64,000 nt of DNA, taken from assembly GCF_009834535.1 (NCBI RefSeq), contig NC_045696.1, forward strand, positions 58,034,001-58,098,000. Direction: 5' to 3'. The notes beneath the pieces were generated by a model. The model was not told the origin of the DNA. It did no database searches and saw only the letters and a list, made by a program, of their open reading frames with translations. The translations under genes and the position numbers were made by a program. Positions 44,166 to 58,385 of this stretch are shown in pieces. Source of the stretch: Camelus ferus. Taxonomy: Eukaryota. The first letter of the stretch is position 1, and each line of letters begins with the position of its first letter.

Positions 44166-46361
44166 TCTTTTAAAGTAAAGAAATATGTCATTTCCTCCTT
44201 TTTGACTAAAGTACTTAGAAAATGTTCTTTGGTGGTTAAACATCTTCATCCTTAAAGGCAAATACAGGAGAGCTTGATAATAAACAGGCCACTGCTGATA
44301 AAAGACTACAACTAAAATGACAGCATCAAGGGATCCTCAGAGTACTAATACTATTCAGCTGAAAATTACAGCAAGGGCACAGGACAGATTTAGTTAGTAA
44401 ATGAGGAGGGCAAACTGACCCCAACAAGCAGCCCTGCTAAAACAAGCCCACTCTGAGCTGGTGATAGGTCTGGGTGGTCTACTCCAAGGCCAGAGAGTCT
44501 TCAACTTTTGTGCTATTTGAATCACCTGAGGAGTTTGGAGAGCCTGTAAGTGCCGGCCCATCCCGAAGGAGTCAGGTGCTATACCTCTAGAGCGGTGCCC
44601 AGATGGCTGCATTCTCAGCAAGCCTCAAACGATTCTGATACCCCTGATGCCCAGAGCTGTGTAGGACCTTCATGTGCCTCAGGCACTTCTGCCTTTGTGA
44701 GCCCCTTACTGCGTAAAAAGTATTAAAAATTGTACTTTACAACTGCGTTGATATAAATGTGACTATAGAAGAAGCTGGATGATATCTTTTTTTTTGATTA
44801 AAAAAAGGTGAAACATTTTTGTAGACCCTAAAAGCTCAGGGGCCCTGGCCACTGCCTGCTACACAGGTCGGCCCTGCAGATACTGGATGCTGTGACTTCA
44901 GGTGTAACGCTGAGCTTAGGCTCTTCAATCCCTCTGGCCGCTGGAGGGTCACTGTATTTATTTAATAGTTGATTTCATTCATTCAGGTGTGCTCATCTGA
45001 GGACTGCAGGATGAAATGGGACCCATCTTGGTGGCTGACAACCTCCTTTCACTACCTTGTCTTCTCTCATCCTGCCCCTTGGCAGATAGCTAGGGTCTCT
45101 TGCTGTGTCATAACTGCTATCGGCAGAAAATTAGATAATTATCTCTCAACACCTGTTTACAGTTAGAGTCCATTCATACTCTCTCCCCAGGTCTACCTCT
45201 CACTGAATTCAATACTTTGTCTCCAAACAGACCCAACCTACGCTAAGAAATACATTTTATATCAGGCCCAGTACATACACAGGTATAACTGGAAAGTTTT
45301 ATGAAATGTATTTACCCTGAAAAAAATTTTTTCCCTAGACAGTTTCACAAAGTAATACTTATATTTACTACTGAATTCACTGAAATGACCTATTCTGCTC
45401 CATTAAAAAGAAATGCTGGTCTCACCCACTAAATTGATTTTATAACTTGCTAACGAGTCACAATCTACAATTTGAAAAACAATGGTCAGAGGAGTAGCAG
45501 AGATCAAAAAAATGCCTGAAGACAAAGATGTATCTATTTCTGCAATGGCGGTATACCTACTACAGATAACAAGCATCTTGCCCTTAGCTACAACATCCTC
45601 TGACCCAATGTTTTTGATGGAGTAATGCCAACGAGTTCTCCTTTTTAAAATAGTCCACTCAAATATGGAATGAGCACCTACCATGTGCTGGGCACTGATC
45701 AATGCTCTGCAAATACAGCAATAATCAAAGCAAAGTCCAAACCCCATGCAGCAGCATTCTCATTGGGGGAGACAGAAAATCATCATACGAGGTAAAAGTA
45801 TCTACAGTGGTCAGATGGTGGTAAGTGCTACAGAAGGGTTTTTTCCAGACCCTTCTTTTCCTGGGCATGTTCACCTCCCTTCCTCCCAGAGAGCACATAT
45901 TTTCTTTGGATTTACTGATACCCTCAGTGTGAAGACTGAGAAGGATGGGGCAAAGTCAATTCTTCTTGAAAGGTGACTTTAATGCATCTTTTCTGTTATG
46001 TGTTTGTTTGATAAATGGTTACTGAGATCAGTGTTTTTATCACTTTTAAATTCCTAGACAGTAACAGTTATCCCCACATCTTCTTGCAAATGTAATGGAG
46101 AGTGGGATCAATTTCACTACACCAAGCTTTTACTTAGTTTCAGGAGTCAGTAGCATCTGGCCCTTTTTATTCCCAAGGCTGGTGTTCCTAGATGTTCCAG
46201 TTCCTTCCACCAGGAGGCCTCAAATAGGACCCCCCCACCTATTTTCTCCTGATTGGTGTCCTGCTCTGGATGACGGGGGTTAACCAGTGAGAATTCTGCC
46301 AGTGTGAGAAGTGTGATCACTTCAGAACAAGGCTAGAATTCACCCAAAGGATGCATTAGAT

Positions 46362-46549
46362 CAGGGACTGGCAAACTTTTTCTGTAAGGGAACATAGTGA
46401 ATATTTTCAACTTTGCAAGCCACATAGTCTCAGTCACTACTCAACTCTGCCACTGTAACCCTAAAAGCCACCATAGATAATATGTAAATGAATGGCATGG
46501 CTGTGTTCCAATAAAACTATGTTTACAAAAAATAGCAGGCTGATCCCTG
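46362..46549. mobile_element. MER58A-type hAT-Charlie DNA transposon
   Basis: cagggactggcaaactttttctgtaaggg...ggctgtgttccaataaaactatgtttacaaaaa. Confidence 0.75.
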
Positions 46550-46764
46550 CTTGAGGCTGATGGAAAGACTAATTCTTGTTGAGAACACTTGGGGCTTACA
46601 TTTGAGATCTGAAGGGGTGAGAAGGGAGGGAAAGGCACTAACAAAGAGGCCTACAGATGGCTGAAGAGCAGTATTTATGCAAGAAGGTGGCAGAGACTAA
46701 AATGTAACTGGTATGAATAGTATATTTATACCAATGTGCAAATTGACCTTTTGATGTTCCATCT

Positions 46765-46770
46765 TTTATT
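46765..46770 (-). terminator. Candidate HSPBAP1 polyadenylation signal
   Basis: TTTATT on plus, about 40 nt past the stop; an alternative lies at 46166-46171. Confidence 0.3.
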
Positions 46771-46807
46771 TAAAAATTATATTATTTAAAAACGTTTCTA
46801 TTAGAGT

Positions 46808-47338
46808 TCACAAACTTCTTTGAATCAAAAGTTGTGCCACTATCCTGGTCACCTGTGGATTTACCAAGCAGTCCAGCAAGTCATCGGTAGAAATGAATGT
46901 CTGGGAAGGGGCCAGGGCGCTATTTGAAGCGGTCTGTTCCACAGCTGCATTCTCACTTTCACTTACCATTCGTTGCCTCTTGGTACAATGCAGTTTTCCC
47001 AAGCGTCCTCCATTTTTGCCAACAAAGTCTTCACCATCCCTTTCAAATATGCCTCCTCTTTCTGAGGGTGGTTCTTGGGAACTTGGTATTACAGGAACCA
47101 GATCAGGGCCAAAGGGACTTGCTGCTTCCTGTTTCACTGTTCCCGAGGTTAAGCTGGGTCTTCCAGTTGGTTCTGACTCCATGTGGTTGTGCACATTTAA
47201 CTCTTCCTTTATCCTGCGCTCTCTGTTTGTTCTCAGTGCTTGGGTTTCTACTACCTGAGATGTTCCATAATGATCAAAAAAAGCTGAAACTGCTCCATTT
47301 AAGTAGCGACAATTGACTTCATGGGATGTTTCCTCAAC
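46808..47338 (-). CDS. HSPBAP1: HSPBAP1 last coding exon
   Basis: VEETSHEVNCRYLNGAVSAFFD...FISTDDLLDCLVNPQVTRIVAQLLIQRSL*; acceptor at 47339-47340; 531 nt. Confidence 0.95.
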   Translation of the reverse strand, partial: VEETSHEVNCRYLNGAVSAFFDHYGTSQVVETQALRTNRERRIKEELNVHNHMESEPTGRPSLTSGTVKQEAASPFGPDLVPVIPSSQEPPSERGGIFERDGEDFVGKNGGRLGKLHCTKRQRMVSESENAAVEQTASNSALAPSQTFISTDDLLDCLVNPQVTRIVAQLLIQRSL

Positions 47339-47463
47339 CTAAGGAAAAAAAAAACCTTTTAAAATGGTTATATGCCCTTACATAAGTTGGAAAAGAAATG
47401 TCCTGGCCAGGGTTGATTTATCACAGGACACTCACAGCCATGATGAAAGCCAGAAGGGCCTAC

Positions 47464-47574
47464 CTCAGTTGGGTTTAACCAAGCTCTGGTGTTATGGGGA
47501 TTCTCTGCAGTTTTCAGGGCACACACAAGTATGCGGGTGATTGCCTCTTCCACGCGGGCTTGGTGGTCCTCTTC
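47464..47574 (-). CDS. HSPBAP1: HSPBAP1 penultimate coding exon
   Basis: EEDHQARVEEAITRILVCALKTAENPHNTRAWLNPTE; AG/GT boundaries; 111 nt. Confidence 0.95.
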
Positions 47575-48029
47575 CTAAGTTGAGATTTTAAAAAAAAGAC
47601 AGTTTTTCATTTGTCTCTGTGTCTCATTGCTTAAAACAGAGAGTAGAGTCTCTGAATTGTATGTTCTGTTCTCTCATTAACATCAGCTTTGTTACTGAAG
47701 GAATGAATATGTGGTTGGCAAGACCACAGTTTTTATGCATTCACTATCCTCTGCCACCTGGAAGAGCTGGAGAATGCTCACCAGTATCCTGTCTATAAGA
47801 CATAGGCCTCAAATATGAACCACCTTGGGATATTTTTTTCCCATCTTTTCCATTCTCTGACGTCTTCAAAGTTAAAAGAAAAAAAATATTACATACAGAG
47901 GGATAATCCCTACAGAGTTTGATGAGCTAATTTTTTGAGGAATGGGAAAAAATTATAACACACATGCATGGCCCCAAGAATGAGATGGCTAAACATGTTA
48001 ATCTGTTTTTTTAAGGACACAATAAGTAT

Positions 48030-49550
48030 AAACCATGGCATTAATGATAAATTACATTAAAATCAGTAACTTTTGTTCATCAAAAGATACCATAAAGGAA
48101 AAAAACCAGCCAGATGTCTGTAACACGTATAATTATATGAGATGAATGTGAAGAATATATAAAGAATCTGCACCCATCAACAAGACAAATGATCCAATTT
48201 TTTTAAATGGGCAAAAGACATGAAGACAAACATTTCAAAAAAAAGAGAAAACAATCATACTACTAATAAACACATGAAAAAAGGCTTAACTTCATTAATA
48301 ATCAGGGAAATGCAAATTGAGAAACCCATAAAACTGGCAAAAGAGGGTCTGATAATTCCAAACGGTGGAGAAATGGGCATTGACGGAAATCTTACACACT
48401 AATGGTGGGAGTGCAAACTGATAGAGCCATCTGGAAAACATGTTGGCATTATCTTATAAATTTGAATATTGTATACCCTACAGACCAGCAATTCTACTAC
48501 TAGAAATATACATATTCTCAAGAGAAACTCTTGCACATGTGTACAAGCATATTCTATTTATAAAAGCAAAAATTGGAAACAACCCAATTATCCACGAACA
48601 GAAAAATGAACCAATAAATTGTGGTACATTAACACAAGAAGATATTACACCACAGTGAAACAGCTAAAGGTGACAACATAGATGAATCTGAGAAACATAA
48701 CATTCATTTTAAACTTTCAAAAAAGCAAATCCCCAAGATGAGACACCATTTCACACTAGGATGGCTATAATGAAAAAGACAGATAACAAGTGTCGGTGAG
48801 GATGTGGAGAAATCAGAACGTTCACACATTGCTGGTGGGAATGTAAATGGTGCAGCTGCTCTGGAAAACAGCCTGGCAATTTCCCAAAAGGTTAAGTGTA
48901 GAGCTACAAGATATTTAATTTTATGAGTCAACTTGGTTAGGCTATGGTGCCCAACTGTCTAGTCAAACATTAGTCTAGATGCTGCAGTGAAGGTATTTTG
49001 TAGATGTGATTAACACTTACAGTCAGTTGACTTTAAATAAAGGAGATTATCCTCAATAATGTGGGTGGACCTCATCTAATCAGTTGAAGGCTTTAAGGGC
49101 AAAATCAAGAGAATAAGGAGATTCTGACTCAAGATTGTAACAGAAATCCTGAGTGAGTTTCCAGCCTGCCAGTCAGCCTCACAGATTTTGGACTCCAGAC
49201 TGCAACTTCAACTCTTGTCTGAACTTCCCGTCAGCTGGCCTGCCCTGGGCTCATGTACCACGTGACCCAGCGATTCCATTTCTACGTGCAAACCCAAGGT
49301 AAATGAAAACATACACCCACACAAAAACTTGTACACGAATGTTAACAGCAGCATTATTCATAACAGCCCAAAGCAGACACAACCCAAATGTCCATCAACT
49401 AACGAGCACATAGACAAAACGTGGTATAGCTATACAATAAAATATTTTTTAGCTATAAAAAAGGAACGAACTACTGAAACATGCTATGTGGACGATTCTT
49501 AAAAACGTTATACTAAGTGAAAGATGTCAACCATAAAAGATGTCCCCGTC
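48030..49550 (+). mobile_element. Old L1 (L1M-type) 3' fragments
   Basis: aatcagggaaatgcaaatt, ggtgaggatgtggagaaatcagaac, aaaaacttgtacacgaatgttaacagcagcattattcataa. Confidence 0.75.
48915..49250 (+). mobile_element. MLT2 (ERVL) LTR fragment interrupting L1
   Basis: taattttatgagtcaacttggttaggctatggtgccca...aatgtgggtggacctcatctaatcagttgaaggc. Confidence 0.75.
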
Positions 49551-50600
49551 ACATATTTAAAAAAGAAAAAATATTCTGTATAGTTTTAGAAATAATGGGT
49601 ACAGTTACAAGCAGGCAGATGACAGCTCCACTGCTCAGCAATGGAATGAGCCATCCTGGGAGGCAAAGCATCTGCCGAGGCTATTGGAGATGGGACTTTG
49701 GCACTAGGAGTGGACATTGCTCTGATTCCAATTCAGCACGCTGCAAGCAGAATTTCTAACTGTGAGTCTACTGATCTCCCGTTGTATCTCTCACCCAAAG
49801 GCTGCAACTCTTTTCTAAGCCCACACAGTAGAGCTTCCTGTTACAGTATCCTTATGCTCCCCCTATGCCAAAGTTCTTCTCATTACCAAAGGATAAGAAA
49901 AGCCTGACTGAGTGGGGAAGGGTGCAGCAGCCAAAGAGAAGTGAGACAATCAAGGCTTTGCGTACAGGAGAACAGAGATGCATTCAAGGCCTCAGGTTAA
50001 TGAGGGCAGAGGTGCAATCAAAGCCTCTGGTTAAGGAGTGCACAGATGCAACGTAGCCTCGACTTGAGCCATGGCAGCCATTCTAATTGTCAAGTCAAGC
50101 AGGCAGCCAGGATGAAGCATAGCATACTGGAGGGGAAAAGCCTTTGGCAGAAATGAAATGTTAAAAACCCAGTGCTGAAAGACTGCTTGGAGAAAATGTG
50201 TAAGTCAGGACTGGGATTTCTGCAATTAGTAATGAGGACCCTGAACCAAGAAGCAGATATTTCCAGCCCAGATGGTGTGGAGGGGACCAGCAATGTGGGA
50301 AGCATGTGGCAGATGCAGCCAAGCCCAGCACAATTCTCCTGACCACACTGGTCAAGGGAGAAGACCTGGCACACCAACACCAGGGCCCACCATGTGCCCT
50401 TCAAAGAAAGAGAGTGGTGCCTCACAAAAATCCTATTTCCAACCTCACCATCCATTAACAGAGCACAGAATACATAAATTACAGCACAGCGAAACAAAGT
50501 CATACTGGAATGTTGGTTAAAATTTATCACCAAGTTCTACAGACAGGTGTCGTGTATCTTAAAAGCAAGGAGATCACATTTATTATAAAAAAAAAATTAC

Positions 50601-50684
50601 CAGTTCAATCCATGAGTTTATACTGACTGTGACAGAATCAATGGATTCCACATAATGCCACCAGTGTCTGGGAACAAACAGAAC
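50601..50684 (-). CDS. HSPBAP1: HSPBAP1 exon (JmjC distal His)
   Basis: VLFVPRHWWHYVESIDSVTVSINSWIEL; ttcag acceptor and GTAATT donor on the minus strand; 84 nt. Confidence 0.95.
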
Positions 50685-51949
50685 CTGAAAACCAAACAAA
50701 AAATACTTAGCACCAGAACAGGACATTTTATTTTTATATCAGAATCAGACCCTAATTGAAGTTTCCAGGAAAAAAATGAATAAATGAATTTACAGTAATA
50801 TTGCAATAGGAAAGGGAAACAAGGAAAAAAACCCACAATCCTTTTATTCCTTTTCTGTTATTAACAAGTTTGCATGTTCTACAAAGGATATCACCAGCTT
50901 CTCCAGTCTCTACTCTCCTTAATCCTGGACCTTCTCTGTCTGTAACCAAATCTTAGTAAAGGATTCTGAGATTGTAACTTTTCCTCCTTTCCATCATATA
51001 ATAGTTGTATGCATTCTGAGAAAGGGCATGGGTACAAATATAGGACATAGATTCTGCCTTCTCACAGTCTAAAGTCTAGCCAATTAAAAAATATTATATA
51101 GAAAGATGGCATCATACAAGTGGTAAATCAGAGGAGTGGACACTGGGGCTAGAGAACTTCAGAGTGGGGAGAAGCAGGCGTGGACCAGGGAGGTTGGGGC
51201 AACCTGGATGGAGGAAGTGTGACCGAACCAGGACTAGGAGAGTGTGAGGACAGGCCAGGTGGGAGAAGTGGGCAAGGGAGGTGGGGATGCGGAGGGATAG
51301 CAAGCAGGCCAGTCTTACTACTGTAGAAGGAGAAATGGGAAATAAAATGGGAGAAAAAGTAAGGGCCGGCAGAGGGCCCTGAATTCAGAATAAAGAGTCT
51401 GGATTTTATCCTGTAGGCATCATGAGTTGCTGAGAAGTTGTGAGTAGGGGGATGGGTGAAACAGGGACATCAGGGAGAGTCTGGGAAGGGCAAGACTTCC
51501 TTGCAATGGTCCAATTAGTAAATTAAATGTTAAGATTTAAGTAGGAAGGGGAGTAAACAAAAGCAATGGGCAGGGTCAAGAAGGACTGCGTTTGTCTAGA
51601 CTTGGAACGAGATTTCAAATGGAAGGCTGAGTAGAGCAGATGGAGATGTTCCCAAGTTTTGGGCTCTGGATTTAGGAAAATGGTGGCTCTTGCTATGGAC
51701 AGGTGGAGATGGGAAGAGAGCTCCTTTTAGGAGAACTGGGCACTAAAAACAGCCACTTCAGCCACTGGATTTAGTCATCAGGAGGTCAAGAATGTCCTAT
51801 CACAGCATATACCTTCCGTAAAGTGGTAAGAGAGACAGCCAGTTTATGACGGATTAAGGAATGAGCATGATATAAGGAAAACTGATTCAACAGACAGAAA
51901 CACTCATTCAAATGTGGCTGTTAAGATAGAAGAAAAACAACTGGCAGCC

Positions 51950-52560
51950 TCTTCACATCCATTAGAACGGCTGTAGTTGTTGTAGTAGTAAGAGTAATAA
52001 CAACAACAACAACAATAATAATAATGGAAAATAACAAGTGTTGGTGAGGATATGAAGAAATCTGAACCCTCATACATTGCTGGTGGGAGTGCAAAATGGT
52101 GCAGCTGCTGTGGAAAAGTTTGGCAATTCCCCCAAAAGCTGAATAGAGTTACCATATGACCCAGCAATTCCACTCCTATATATATATACACAAGAGAAAC
52201 AAAAACATATGTCCACACAAACGTATACACAAATGTTCACAGCAGCATTATTCATAATAACCCAAAAGGAGAAACAGCCCAAATATTCATCAGCTAATTA
52301 ATGGATGAATAAAATGTACATCCATGTAATGAAATCTATTCAGCCATAAAAAGGACTGAAGTACTGGTAACACTCTACAGCATGGATGAACCTTGAGGAC
52401 ACTATACTTTGTAAAAGAGGCCAGACACCAAAGGCCACAGATGGTACAACTGCACTTATGTGAAGTGTCCAGAACAGGTAAATCTATACAGAAAGAAAAC
52501 AGGTAAGTGTTTGTCAGGGTCTGCGGGGACAGGTGAATGCGGAGCGCCTGCTTATGGGTC
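51950..52560 (+). mobile_element. L1MB-type 3' fragment with embedded (TAG/CAA/TAA)n trinucleotide repeat at 51973-52024
   Basis: aataacaagtgttggtgaggatatgaagaaatctgaaccctcatacattgctggtggg. Confidence 0.75.
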
Positions 52561-52889
52561 AAGGCAGCTTAGTCAGACTGGTGGAGCTGGAGCCCTGGAG
52601 TGTAAAGGAGGCAGGAAAAGAGCCAGTGAGAAGGGAGCAAAGGAAGGAAAACAAGCAGGGGTGAGGGGCAATCAAGGGAATAACATCTCCTTAAGACAAT
52701 ATGAAAACCTTTCAAATTGTTAACAAAATATCAAACTTGTAAAGGTGATTTCCACCGCTGGGTAGCAGCATTAAGTATTACACCTTTGGAAATGTTTCAG
52801 AGACAGTTACAAAAGCAACATCCATTCTTGCTTAAAAGCACATCATTTTCAGCAAATATACCAATTATATGTGGACTGTAAAAAATAAT

Positions 52890-53200
52890 ACAAATGAATC
52901 TATACGCAAAACAGAAACAGACTCACAGACATAGAAAACAAACTTATTTACCAAAGGGGAAGTGTCAGGGAGGGACAAAACAGGAGTATGGGATTAACAG
53001 ATACAAACCACTATGCGCAAACTAGATAAGCAACAAGGATTTACTGTGTAGCACAGGGAACTATATTCAGTATCTTGTAATAACCTATAATGGACAATCA
53101 TCTGAGAAAATATATGGATATATAACTGAATCACTTTGCTATATATCTGAAACTAACAATATTTTAAATCAACTACACTTCAATTAAAACAAACAAAACC
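52890..53200 (+). mobile_element. L1 3' end (laurasiatherian type)
   Basis: aaacagaaacagactcacagacatagaaaacaaactta...aatcaactacacttcaattaaaa. Confidence 0.8.
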
Positions 53201-53641
53201 CCAAATCACTCTCAGTTCATTCTGCCTCTGTTGGCCCACTAACTGGATGCATTCCCACCTGTGTTTGTGTGTCTGGACTCTAAAAAATGGTTGAACAGAT
53301 GGTAATTGTGAATAAATGTTCCAGAAGGGCTCAAGTACCCAAGTCTTGAGGCTTTCTCTTAACCTGAATAAAAGTGACGGTGTGGGCTCGTCTTCCTCCA
53401 CAGTCCTTTCTCCTCTTCACCAGAAGGGGGAGCTGTGTTCCCTCCTCCCATCTCCTTTCTGTGACCCCTGGAGCAGGGAATTGTGTGCAAAGCCTACAGA
53501 TGGGGAAGCTACCTTCCAATAGCAGAGCAGCAGGGAGGGAACCTTGCTCATTTGTACTGCTAAGGATGCAGGTAAGGACCTGAAAGAAGTTAGAGCTGAG
53601 ATGTCCACAGACAGGTCACCCATGTGTTGAAGCTCCATTAC

Positions 53642-53813
53642 CTGTCCTGGGCTCAGTGTAACCGTATGTCGTCGAGCTTTCTGGAACTGAGGAAAACGCT
53701 TTACGTCAGGATTGACAACGTTTATTTTACTGAACACACTAGATTCTTCATAAGGGATTCTAGTTGGATAAAGGAAAGGAGTATCTTCAGGAGGAAAGAG
53801 ATGCCATCTTTTC
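53642..53813 (-). CDS. HSPBAP1: HSPBAP1 exon (JmjC core)
   Basis: (R)KRWHLFPPEDTPFLYPTRIPYEESSVFSKINVVNPDVKRFPQFQKARRHTVTLSPGQ; 172 nt. Confidence 0.95.
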
Positions 53814-55829
53814 CTAATTAAAAAATGAGAGACAAATTAGTACTCTAAACGTGAGACAACACATGTAAGAAGGCACACTAGGTGTTCATTTTCACTCATT
53901 TCCTTCAATCCATAAAGGAATACAGGAGCCACCGCAGGGGTCACCTGGCCCCCTTGTCACCCAGTACTAGAGTCTCCTCTGCAGACACCTGGGGAGGTAG
54001 GGCAGCAACTACTGGGGATCTCACGAAGCCCTGAGCAGCCCCTTGGCAAGGATAGGACGTAGTTTGTAAGATCACTCTTTCCTATCTTAAATCAGAGTCG
54101 GCCTCCTCATAGACTGTTTTCATCCCTGAGTCCAGAGCTCCCCAGAATAACCTCCACCCTTTCAAATCTCTGTATTATCTGATCCAGAGCAAGCACCCAT
54201 GGTTCTATCCACCAGATAGTTTCCAGACTTCTCTCTGTTTGCATTGTAAATTCCTTAAGTTAAACATTTGTTCAGTTAATCCATCAAGGAAGAGAAATGC
54301 ACAAATGATGCCACACAGCTAAAAAGTAGTACAATACAGGAATTTTCAAGAAGATAAAACTGTGAAATGTTTCAGTCATGTCAAAATTTTTTGCAAAATA
54401 GATGTGGTGAATTTTAACTCATATAACACCAGACACTCCCATACTTTGAGCCAACAGAGGGAGGACATCTGAGACAGAGGGTGAAGTGTGAAAAAGGAAG
54501 CGACACAGACAGATGTGGAAGCAAAGAGAGAGAAAACCCAGTTCTGACACAAGCTCTAAAGCCCTCAAGTGACCCCTGGTAGTTACAGTGGGGCCATCAT
54601 GCCCTTTCAATATAGCCGACTGCCATTCTCAATCTAGAGACAGTACTTTAAAGTCTTATTTTGCCTTAGAGATGATAATGCTGCTCCCTTCCATTGGACC
54701 TAAGACTAGTTTGGGAGAGTGTCAGAGCTGGAAGGACCCTAAGAGATCACCAGTCTAACCTCACTTTCAGAGAAGTAGAGGAGGGAGCCAGGACTTGCTT
54801 GGACTCATTCACGGGGCTCGCAGTTAGTGGTGGACCCAGCACCAGGTCACAGATCTCCAGATCCTGCACCACAGCTGTGTTTCCCAAAGGAACAGCCAAA
54901 AATAACCATCCCATACAATTTGCTTGGCTTGGTTTAAAATGTAATATGTATGCATCCTTGTCTTGTTAAGCAGAAAAGGTTGTCAGTCATCATGTCATCT
55001 CCTGCTCACAAACCTCTCATGGTTCTGATGCTGAAAGAACAGAGAATAAGTAGTACTTGCCTGGGGGTTAAGACCCTCAGGTTCCAACCTGCCCTCCCTG
55101 CCTAATCCCTCTGTCTGGAAAGCACAATTTACATGGATGACTCACAGGGGCCTCTGTACACCCCATACCTTCCTAGGGCTCTGCTCATGCTGGTCCCTCT
55201 GCTCCTCCCACCTGGGTCTCCTGAACATTCACCTATCATTCAAAACCCATCTCAAGGGGCAGCTCCCCTCTGAATCTTCCCTAATCTTTCCCATGCAAAT
55301 GCTACCTCTTTTACTTTTCAGTTCCACAGCTCTATGAAACCTTCCTCAAGTGCCCGTTCACTCTGCCTATATGTACATCACAGCAACCTGCATGCTTGCC
55401 TGCACTCTAACTGCACACTCTCTCAGCTCGGACAGTGTCTCACTCATTCACCTGTTTCCACTGTAACACATGGTACCTGCACAGCATGGCACTCAATGAG
55501 TATTTATTGAACAGTTATTTCATTACTCCAGAGCTATGTGAGGCCAGAAAATATGTGCTCTCACAAAGTTAAAATAAAGTTATATTAATTTTATATCATA
55601 GAAAGAACCCAGGTATTTTTTGGTAATGGTTTTCCGACTGAATTTCTCTGGCTTGTGTCCCAATTCAGAACACACAGAAAGCCACTACTTAAAATAATGC
55701 CCTCTCTAATAAAGTTTATGTTTCAGAATATTAAGTCCCAAAGGGCAGGGACCAAGCACACTTGATTCACTGTTGCATCCACAGCGCATAATAATGCACC
55801 TGAGATGTTCTAGGCTCTTCAAAGAATAA

Positions 55830-58385
55830 AAAGGACTAAGGACATCGAGATGGGTAGGAGAGGCAGAGAGACACTCTCGCCCAAACCCTGACCCCTGGCG
55901 AGGCGGCACGCAACAGGGAGGGACCTCACCAGACAGGAGTGAGGGGCCGGCACCCTACGCCAGGAGCCCTGGACCCTGAGATCTACACCACACAGATGAG
56001 CCCCCCAAGCTCCTGGCCTAGAACACCAACAGGACAGATGTCTGAGGGTCCCATAGTGCCACAGGAAACTGAGATTTCCCTCTTAAGAGGCTCATGGACA
56101 GTTTCACTTGCTCCCAAAATCCAGCAAAAGAACAGTAATTTGGAAAATGCTGAGACTATATGTGAAGGAAAGTCATTTAGAATCTGAAAGTAATCACTGA
56201 AGGGGTGGGGGACAGTGGAAATGTTCCCCAGAGATAGAAGTGCTGCCAGACACCGTCAGTGTGCTCCCCCTACCTAACCTGCTAGCACAGGTGGCCAAGC
56301 TCGGCGACTGCAGCTCTCCCCTGGGCGTGGGGGGAGGGTGTAGCTCGGTGGTAGAGTGCATGCCCAGCATGCACGAGGTCCTGGGTTCAAGCCCAGTGCC
56401 ACTATTAAAATAAATAAATAAATAAACTGAATTACCTACCTCCTGCAAAAAAAGAAAAAAAAGAAAAAAAACTTGGGATAAAAAAAGTTACTATCAACTT
56501 AAAAGAGACTATTATTTACACAGGATGTTATATGTGAACTTCATGGCAACCACAAAGAAAAAACTTACAGTAAATACACAAAAGAAAATGAGAAAGGAAT
56601 CCAAACATAACACTAAAGAAAACAATCAAACCACAGGCGAAGAGAGAAAGAGAAGAAAGGGACAGAGAGGAACTACGAAAACACCCGAAAACAATGAACA
56701 GAATGGCAATAAACATACCTACCGATAATATTCTTTCCAAATGCACATGGAACGTTCCCCAGGATAGTGTACATGTTAGGCCGCAAAACAAGTCTCAGTA
56801 AATTTAGGAAGACTGAAATCATACCAAGCATCTTTCCAACCAGAACAGTATGAAACCAGAAATCAATTACAAGGAGAAAACTTAAAAAAAACCACAAATA
56901 CATGGAGACCAAACAACATGCTACTAAACAAGCAATGGGTCAAGAAGAAATCAAAGAGGAAACTAAAAAATACCTTGAAACAAATGAAAATGGAAACACA
57001 ACTTTTCAAAATCTATGAGACATAGCAGAGCAATTCTTAAGAGGGAAGTTCACAGCAATACAGGCTTAGCTCAAGAAACAAGAAAATTCTCAAAGGAACA
57101 ATATAACTTTACATTTAAAGGAACTCAGAAAGAACAAAGCCCAAAGTTAGTGGAGGGAAGGAAATAAGAAAGATCAGAGAAGAAATAAATTAAATAGGAA
57201 CAAAAAAATAATGGATCTATGAAATTAAGACCTGGTTCTTAAAAAAAAAAAAAAAAAAGAGCTGATTCTTTGAAAAGATAAACAAAATTGACAAACCTTT
57301 AGTCGGACTCAACAAGAAAGAGAGGCCCAAATAAATAAGTATATCTGCAAATGATATATCCAGTTAGGAGCTGATATCCAAATATATTAAGAACTCATAC
57401 AACTCAACATCAAAAAAACAAACAACCAGCTTAAAAAAATGAGCAGAGGACCTGAATAGAATTTTCCAGAGAAGACTGATGGCCACAGGCACATGAAAAG
57501 ATGTTCAACATCACTAATCATCAAGGAAATGCAAACCAAAACCACAGTGAGATATCACCTCACACCCGTCAGAATGACTATTATCAAAAAGACAGGAAAC
57601 AACAAATGTTGGTGAGAAAAGGGAACCTTTGTGCACTGTTGGTGGCAATGTAAATTGGTGCAGCCTCTATGGAAAACAGTATGGCGGCTCCTCAAAAAAC
57701 AAAAAATATAGAACTATCATATAATGCACCAATTCCACTTCTGGGTATTTATCTGAAGAAAATGAAAACACTAATATGAAATATGTATGTACCAACATGT
57801 TCACTGCAGCACTATTTACAATAGCTAAGATGTAGAAGCAACCTGAGTGTCCAATGATAGACAAATGGATGAAGAAGACATGGTGTATATACATATGTCA
57901 TAGTAATATATGGAATATTACTCAGCCATAAAAAGAATGAAATTCTGCCATTTGTGCCAACATGGATGGATCTAGAAGGTATTACACTAAGTGAAATAAG
58001 TCAGACAAAGAAAGACAAATACCGTATGATTTCACTTAAATGTGGAATCTTAAAAAACAAATGAACAAACAAACCAGAAACAGACTCTCAGATACAGAAA
58101 ACAAATTGGTGGTTTCCAGTGCAGAGGGCGAGGGAGGAAGGGCAAAACAGATGCACGGGATTAAGAGGTACAAGCTTCCAGCTACAAAATAAGAAAGTCA
58201 CAGGGATGTTCGTTCGTACAGCACAGGGAATATAGTCAATAACGTAATAACTCTGCATGGTGACAGACAGTAAGCAGACTTCTCAAGGTGATCATTTAGT
58301 AATGTATAAAAACATCGAATCACTATGTTGCATACCTGAAACTAACATAATAGTGTATGACAATTATAATTCAATTTAAAAAACC
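55830..58385 (+). mobile_element. Internally deleted L1 (5'UTR-like piece, ORF2 fragments, 3' end)
   Basis: ORF2-like ttccaaatgcacatggaacgttccccaggatag and aaagataaacaaaattgacaaacctttag; 3'UTR ending aattataattcaatttaaaaa. Confidence 0.8.
56329..56471 (+). mobile_element. tRNA-derived SINE (Vic-1 type)
   Basis: GGGGAGGGTGTAGCTCGGTGGTAGAGTGCATGCCCAGCATGCACGAGGTCCTGGGTTCAAGCCCAGT followed by (TAAA)n and an A-tail. Confidence 0.88.
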
